Shown piece by piece: positions 16,302 through 20,083 of a stretch of 20,083 bases of DNA (its first letter is position 1; each line of letters starts with the position of its first letter). Below the pieces are notes generated by a model, which saw only the letters and a program-made list of their open reading frames with translations, made no database searches and was not told the DNA's origin. The DNA is from an uncultured Bacteroidaceae bacterium (GTDB taxonomy: Bacteria > Bacteroidota > Bacteroidia > Bacteroidales > Bacteroidaceae), in the NCBI GenBank assembly GCA_964623295.1, contig CAZUTW010000034.1, forward strand, positions 1-20,083, read 5' to 3'. The translations under genes were made by a program, and so were the position numbers.

Positions 16302-17321
16302 TTAACTCTTACACGCCTTCACCACCTGTTCTATGGTAGCACACGTGACGGTGCGACCGTCTTTGTGCTGAACCATAATAGAATCCTTTTCGCAACGGAT
16401 TGTGAAGTCTGCCGGCGCGGAAGAGGATTCTTGCTCATCTACACAGCAGATGCCATTACGATAGAGAGCACGGGTTACCAAGGCGCAGACAACTTCATTG
16501 CCGGTGAGGAGGGCGGTTCTTGTGCAGGTAGTCAGAATAGTGAACTGGCCGGAGAGAGGATTGAAACGAACACCATCGCGATTGAAGAACTTGGACAACT
16601 GACCGGAGAGGATGATATCCTCGGGAGTGCCATAGACAGGAGGATTGTTCTTATCCATGAGCCAAGCGTAGTCGGCGGTTTGGAGGGCCAACTCCATATC
16701 GTGGGTGGAGAGGAAGATGCTCTTGTGGTGAGTGTGCGCCAATTCGTGCAACTTCTGCATTACTTCCACTTTGCTGGGATAGTCCAAAAAGGCGGAGGGT
16801 TCGTCTAATAATATAATAGGTGTAGCCTGCGCCAGCGCTTTGGCAATCATACATTTCTGACGTTCACCATCGCTCAAGGATTGCCCCATGCGACCGGCCA
16901 GGTGCTGCACACCCATCTGTTCCATGGCGGTTTCCACCAATCGTTTGTCTTCCAACGAAAGACGTCCCCAGAAACCGGTGTGCGGACTGCGTCCCATGCC
17001 CACCAATTCGCGTACCGTCATATTCTGCAGGTCCGGCTTCTCCGTAAGCACCACACTGACCACCTTTGCTAAATCCATGGGAGTATATTCGGAAAGAGGT
17101 CGCCCCAAGATGCGAATTTCTCCCCCCAATGCCGGTTGGAAGCCGGCAAGTGTACGCAAGAGAGTCGACTTACCGGCACCATTAGGTCCCAGAAGTACGG
17201 TCAGCTGCCCCGAACGGAGCGTTGCATTCATCGGTCCGGCCACACACCCCACACCCTCTTTGGTGCGGTAGCCTATTCGAACATCCCGAAGGAGGATGGG
17301 GTCAATCGTATCGGTACTCAT
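16302..17321 (-). CDS. ABC transporter ATP-binding protein of the FecE/HmuV/BtuD type with a ~90-aa Cys-containing C-terminal extension; no permease gene adjacent.
   Basis: Walker A is GPNGAGKST, the Q-loop is present, the signature is LSDGERQ (LSGGQ variant), Walker B is ILLDEPSAFLD and the H-loop is STHD. The C-terminal tail is ...VCALVTRALYRNGICCVDEQ...TVTCATIEQVVKACKS. Its start ATG overlaps the upstream S41 gene's TGA stop (TGATG). Confidence 0.85.
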   Translation of the reverse strand: MSTDTIDPILLRDVRIGYRTKEGVGCVAGPMNATLRSGQLTVLLGPNGAGKSTLLRTLAGFQPALGGEIRILGRPLSEYTPMDLAKVVSVVLTEKPDLQNMTVRELVGMGRSPHTGFWGRLSLEDKRLVETAMEQMGVQHLAGRMGQSLSDGERQKCMIAKALAQATPIILLDEPSAFLDYPSKVEVMQKLHELAHTHHKSIFLSTHDMELALQTADYAWLMDKNNPPVYGTPEDIILSGQLSKFFNRDGVRFNPLSGQFTILTTCTRTALLTGNEVVCALVTRALYRNGICCVDEQESSSAPADFTIRCEKDSIMVQHKDGRTVTCATIEQVVKACKS

Positions 17322-18343
17322 CAGCGAAGCAATTCACGTGCGGTTTCTATAATGGTGTCTACCCCTCGTTGATAATCCTCGGAGGAGATGTCTACCTTAA
17401 CATTGGGTTCTATGCCAAACTCATTGCACTGCATATCGGCATCGTACATGGGAGAAGAGGAAAAGCGTACACTCCATCCATTGGGCAGTTCCAAGGACAT
17501 GGGGAGTCCGGAACCGCCCCCCGTGCGGTCGCCCACCAACGTAACATTGGGGAAGGCCTTCATGATGCTGACAAAATCGTTGGTGGAACTATAACTCTGT
17601 CGGTTGGTAAGCACACACACCTTCTTTTGCCAGCGGATGCCCTCGGAGGGTTCTACGTACTGCGCCACCGGCGTAGAGAAATCGCTGTGGCCGGTACCCG
17701 ATTTGTGCTGCATGTACCCCACCAACACCTTCTCTTCGGTGAAACGCTGTGCCACCTTCTCGGCCGCCGAGAGCAGTCCACCACCGTTGTTGCGTACATC
17801 CACAATCAGTCCGTTGCAGGTTTGCAGATACTTCATCACTTGGTTTAAATTGCCATCGCCCGGTTCCGTGGCGAAACTAGAGATGTACATATACCCCACA
17901 TTGTCGTCGAGTATTTTGTATTTTATGGAACTGCTCATGCGATAGTCCGTCCCCAGATAGTTACGCTGGATGCTGTCGCTGAAGTTGGCGGGATAGGACT
18001 CAAACCAATCCCAGTAGCGCCCCACATCGTGTTTGGCATAAAGGTTGGTGTGACCGTCGCGCAACTCGCGAAGCATCTCGCTGAGCACCTCAAAGAGCTG
18101 CTCGTCCGTCATCTCCGAGCTGATGCGTGGTTGGTAACGAGCGTACACTTCGTTCCAATCCAATCCGTATTCCTTTTGTTTGTAGTCGAAGAAACAATAG
18201 TTCTCGTCCAGAATTTTCCACAATGCCTCGAAGTTGCCTGCAGGCGTATCGGTGGATATGTAGTCCTCCTCGCGAACACACGCGGTGCTCACTAGCAGAA
18301 CAACGATTGAGAGAAATATCTTGAAAACGGTTCTCATGTACAT
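17321..18343 (-). CDS. S41-family peptidase (CtpA/tricorn-C-terminal-like), predicted lipoprotein.
   Basis: A lipoprotein signal peptide ends at Cys (LLVSTAC). S41 motifs are present: DVRNNGGGLLSAAE, VLTNRQSYSSTNDFVSIM and NVTLVGDRTGGGSG. The protein is 340 aa. It begins 9 nt downstream of the preceding gene. Confidence 0.75.
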   Translation of the reverse strand: MYMRTVFKIFLSIVVLLVSTACVREEDYISTDTPAGNFEALWKILDENYCFFDYKQKEYGLDWNEVYARYQPRISSEMTDEQLFEVLSEMLRELRDGHTNLYAKHDVGRYWDWFESYPANFSDSIQRNYLGTDYRMSSSIKYKILDDNVGYMYISSFATEPGDGNLNQVMKYLQTCNGLIVDVRNNGGGLLSAAEKVAQRFTEEKVLVGYMQHKSGTGHSDFSTPVAQYVEPSEGIRWQKKVCVLTNRQSYSSTNDFVSIMKAFPNVTLVGDRTGGGSGLPMSLELPNGWSVRFSSSPMYDADMQCNEFGIEPNVKVDISSEDYQRGVDTIIETARELLR

Positions 18344-18352
18344 AAATCCTTG

Positions 18353-19237
18353 TTATCGATTAAACTGTTGACGCAAAACATCCTTCTCCTTTACGCGATA
18401 GAGATGCTGCACATAACCTATAAAGAAAGTGTTGGAGTAGTAGTGATAGCGCAACCCGTTCAACTCCGACTGCCGGAAATTTCCCTGATACCCCACACGG
18501 AAGGTGTGACGGAGAAACGGAAAATCGATTGTCAACAGCTGTTGAAAACTCAGCGCATTGCCAAAACTCGTAACGCAAACATTCTTACCACCGAAGGAGT
18601 TCTCGCAGAACATCTCATAGTAAGACTCCATATACTCCGGAGAGAACTGTATCCCCACGAAGGGAAGAGAGCAAGCGTAACGTATGTCGAGCGGGAAGTT
18701 GCGAATGCCCTCGAAGCGATACGTACACATGCCGGTTGCCGCCAACTGCAAGGAGAGTTTCGCCTGTGCCGGATTGTTGCTGTTGCGGGTATTGTAAATA
18801 CCCCCACCCTGGAACAGCAGTCCTCCACCGGCAAAGAGATGAAGGTTGCGAAGAGGCGTCCAACGGTAGTATCCGTTGCCGTTCCACTGCACCATACCCG
18901 CCATCATGTTTCCACTCTCCGTCTCGTTCTTCTTCGTGTTGGCGAAGCTACCCTGCAGGAGATGTTGCACAAAGATGCGTGGACTGCAGTGAATGCTCCG
19001 GAAGGACTCGTACGCCACGTGATACTCCGTACCGGAATACTCACGCGGGGAGAGATAGGTATCGTAAAGGTTCGTCCCGCCAATACCCACCATGGTGGCA
19101 CGGGTAACAAAGCGGTAGTGCGGGAGAGAATCGAGCACACTTTGTGCTCGTCCTCCCATCGGCAATGCAGCGAGCACTCCCATCAGGAGGCCCACCGTCC
19201 ATTGTCGTACATAGTGTTTAGTCTTTATCCTCTCCAT
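18353..19237 (-). CDS. Exported hypothetical protein, aromatic/Gly/Asn-rich, probably beta-rich (possible small outer-membrane beta-barrel); family not recognised.
   Basis: There is a clean ATG and a signal peptide (LLMGVLAALPMGGRAQ^S). The protein is 294 aa, has no TM helices after the signal, and has alternating aromatic/polar stretches. It overlaps the upstream gene by 20 nt. Confidence 0.5.
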   Translation of the reverse strand: MERIKTKHYVRQWTVGLLMGVLAALPMGGRAQSVLDSLPHYRFVTRATMVGIGGTNLYDTYLSPREYSGTEYHVAYESFRSIHCSPRIFVQHLLQGSFANTKKNETESGNMMAGMVQWNGNGYYRWTPLRNLHLFAGGGLLFQGGGIYNTRNSNNPAQAKLSLQLAATGMCTYRFEGIRNFPLDIRYACSLPFVGIQFSPEYMESYYEMFCENSFGGKNVCVTSFGNALSFQQLLTIDFPFLRHTFRVGYQGNFRQSELNGLRYHYYSNTFFIGYVQHLYRVKEKDVLRQQFNR

Positions 19238-20083
19238 CTTCTGAGAAAAGATTAAGTTGTCCCATCAATTCGTCGCGTATCTCCTCATCGCTCTTGTTGG
19301 CATCGGGATCCAAATTCTCCGGTTGCACCTCCACAGGAGTTTCCTCCTCTACAGGTTCCGGTTCGGGCTCCGGCTGACGGATGGGGTCGAGTTGACGAAT
19401 CTTTTCTATGTTGAGCGTAGTGATACGCTTACCTTTGGCTTTGAAACTCTTTACACCGATAAAGCTCTCCACATCTATCTTGAAGGGGTCGCGGAAGCTA
19501 TCGGCTCCGCCCGGCACCACCTCGATATACGGATAGGGTTCTTCGGTGAGCAGGATGAGCGAGCTCTTGCTGTTCTCGCCCAAGAAGTTCTGGCGTTTAC
19601 TTCCCGCCTCGAAGGTGAAACGTTTCACGTAAGGATATCCTTGTTGGTCGGCATCGAACAGCGCGGCCGTCCACACCTTGTTGGGGTCGTACTTCTCTAT
19701 GCGAAGTATGTTGTGATCGTCGTAGTGGTTGTTCACATCGAAGTTGGTCGTATAGAACTCACCATTGTCGAGCACCACCAAAATTAAATCATCGTTGTGG
19801 AACTCACCCAGATATTCGCCGTGGTCATCGTAGTTCAGACGGAAGACATCGTAATCGAACCACACTTTACGACCGCCTAGTGTGCTACCGCCGTGCGATT
19901 TGAGGCCTATCTTCGCCACTTCGTTTTTGCTCAGTAGGTTACCCATACTCTGGCGTCCCTTAATTGCAAGATCGCTAAAGTCCTTATCGTAGATAATCTT
20001 ACGCACCGTAGGACCCGGCTTCAGAGTCACCTTTATCACCTCCGCCTCGCCATTGGGGTTGGCGGTGAAGTAGAGCACTTTAC
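19218..20083 (-). CDS. 3' part of a larger gene that continues beyond the window. The product is unknown; the beta-rich repeats plus acidic tail could fit a GyrA/ParC-type C-terminal beta-pinwheel, but I could not verify this.
   Basis: The frame is open to the window end, and the listed Met is probably not the true start. The C-terminus is strongly acidic with a PEPEPEP repeat (QPEPEPEPVEEETPVEVQPENLDPDANKSDEEIRDE...EDGEDKD). Confidence 0.45.
   Translation of the reverse strand, partial: KVLYFTANPNGEAEVIKVTLKPGPTVRKIIYDKDFSDLAIKGRQSMGNLLSKNEVAKIGLKSHGGSTLGGRKVWFDYDVFRLNYDDHGEYLGEFHNDDLILVVLDNGEFYTTNFDVNNHYDDHNILRIEKYDPNKVWTAALFDADQQGYPYVKRFTFEAGSKRQNFLGENSKSSLILLTEEPYPYIEVVPGGADSFRDPFKIDVESFIGVKSFKAKGKRITTLNIEKIRQLDPIRQPEPEPEPVEEETPVEVQPENLDPDANKSDEEIRDELMGQLNLFSEDGEDKD

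Noticed and set aside
17222-17848. 208-aa plus-strand ORF and the 301-aa ORF at 18350-19255, antisense to the S41 peptidase and the exported-protein genes.
   Set aside because: The minus-strand products carry a lipoprotein signal plus S41 motifs, and a signal peptide, respectively. The plus frames have no motifs.
1-20083. Searched for CRISPR arrays, tRNA/rRNA, integrases/transposases and toxin-antitoxin or defence-island signatures.
   Set aside because: None were found. There are no spaced direct repeats, no tRNA-like cloverleaf candidates in the intergenic regions, and no recombinase-like ORFs. All intergenic regions over 100 bp are explained by promoters and terminators.

Overview
The window is a densely coding (~90%), roughly 50% GC chromosomal segment that looks like an ordinary Bacteroidales (Prevotella/Bacteroides-like) region. 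Seven intergenic regions carry the Bacteroidetes sigma-A -7 box TAnnTTTG 20-50 bp upstream of a start codon. I can support 17 protein-coding genes and no rRNA, tRNA, CRISPR array, IS element or integrase. Left to right the genes are:
- + strand: a 5'-truncated ThiF/MoeB E1-like adenylyltransferase, a JAMM/MPN (Mec+-type) metalloprotease, a PLP-dependent cysteine synthase, an orphan NarL/FixJ-type response regulator, and a Na+/Pi cotransporter (NptA/YjbB-type).
- - strand: a flotillin-like SPFH protein and its NfeD-like partner (yqiK/yqiJ-type pair) bracketed by two related palindromic terminators, a solitary TolC-family outer-membrane factor, and a tight aroB - GH43 - recQ unit with a GTG-start recQ.
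- + strand: a 995-aa CarboxypepD_reg/plug-type outer-membrane beta-barrel with a Gly-Pro repeat tail, and a Nim-family (5-nitroimidazole reductase-like) pyridoxamine-5'-phosphate-oxidase-fold gene with its own promoter and terminator.
- - strand: a four-gene cluster made of a partial ORF with an acidic PEPEPEP tail, an exported beta-rich hypothetical protein, an S41 peptidase lipoprotein, and an orphan FecE/HmuV-like ABC ATPase with a Cys-rich C-terminal extension.
I see no clearly novel multi-gene system. The most worthwhile items are the E1-like/JAMM/cysteine-synthase module (cut by the window edge), the exported-protein/S41/orphan-ABC-ATPase cluster, the Nim homolog, and a structured inverted repeat in front of the cysteine synthase gene.
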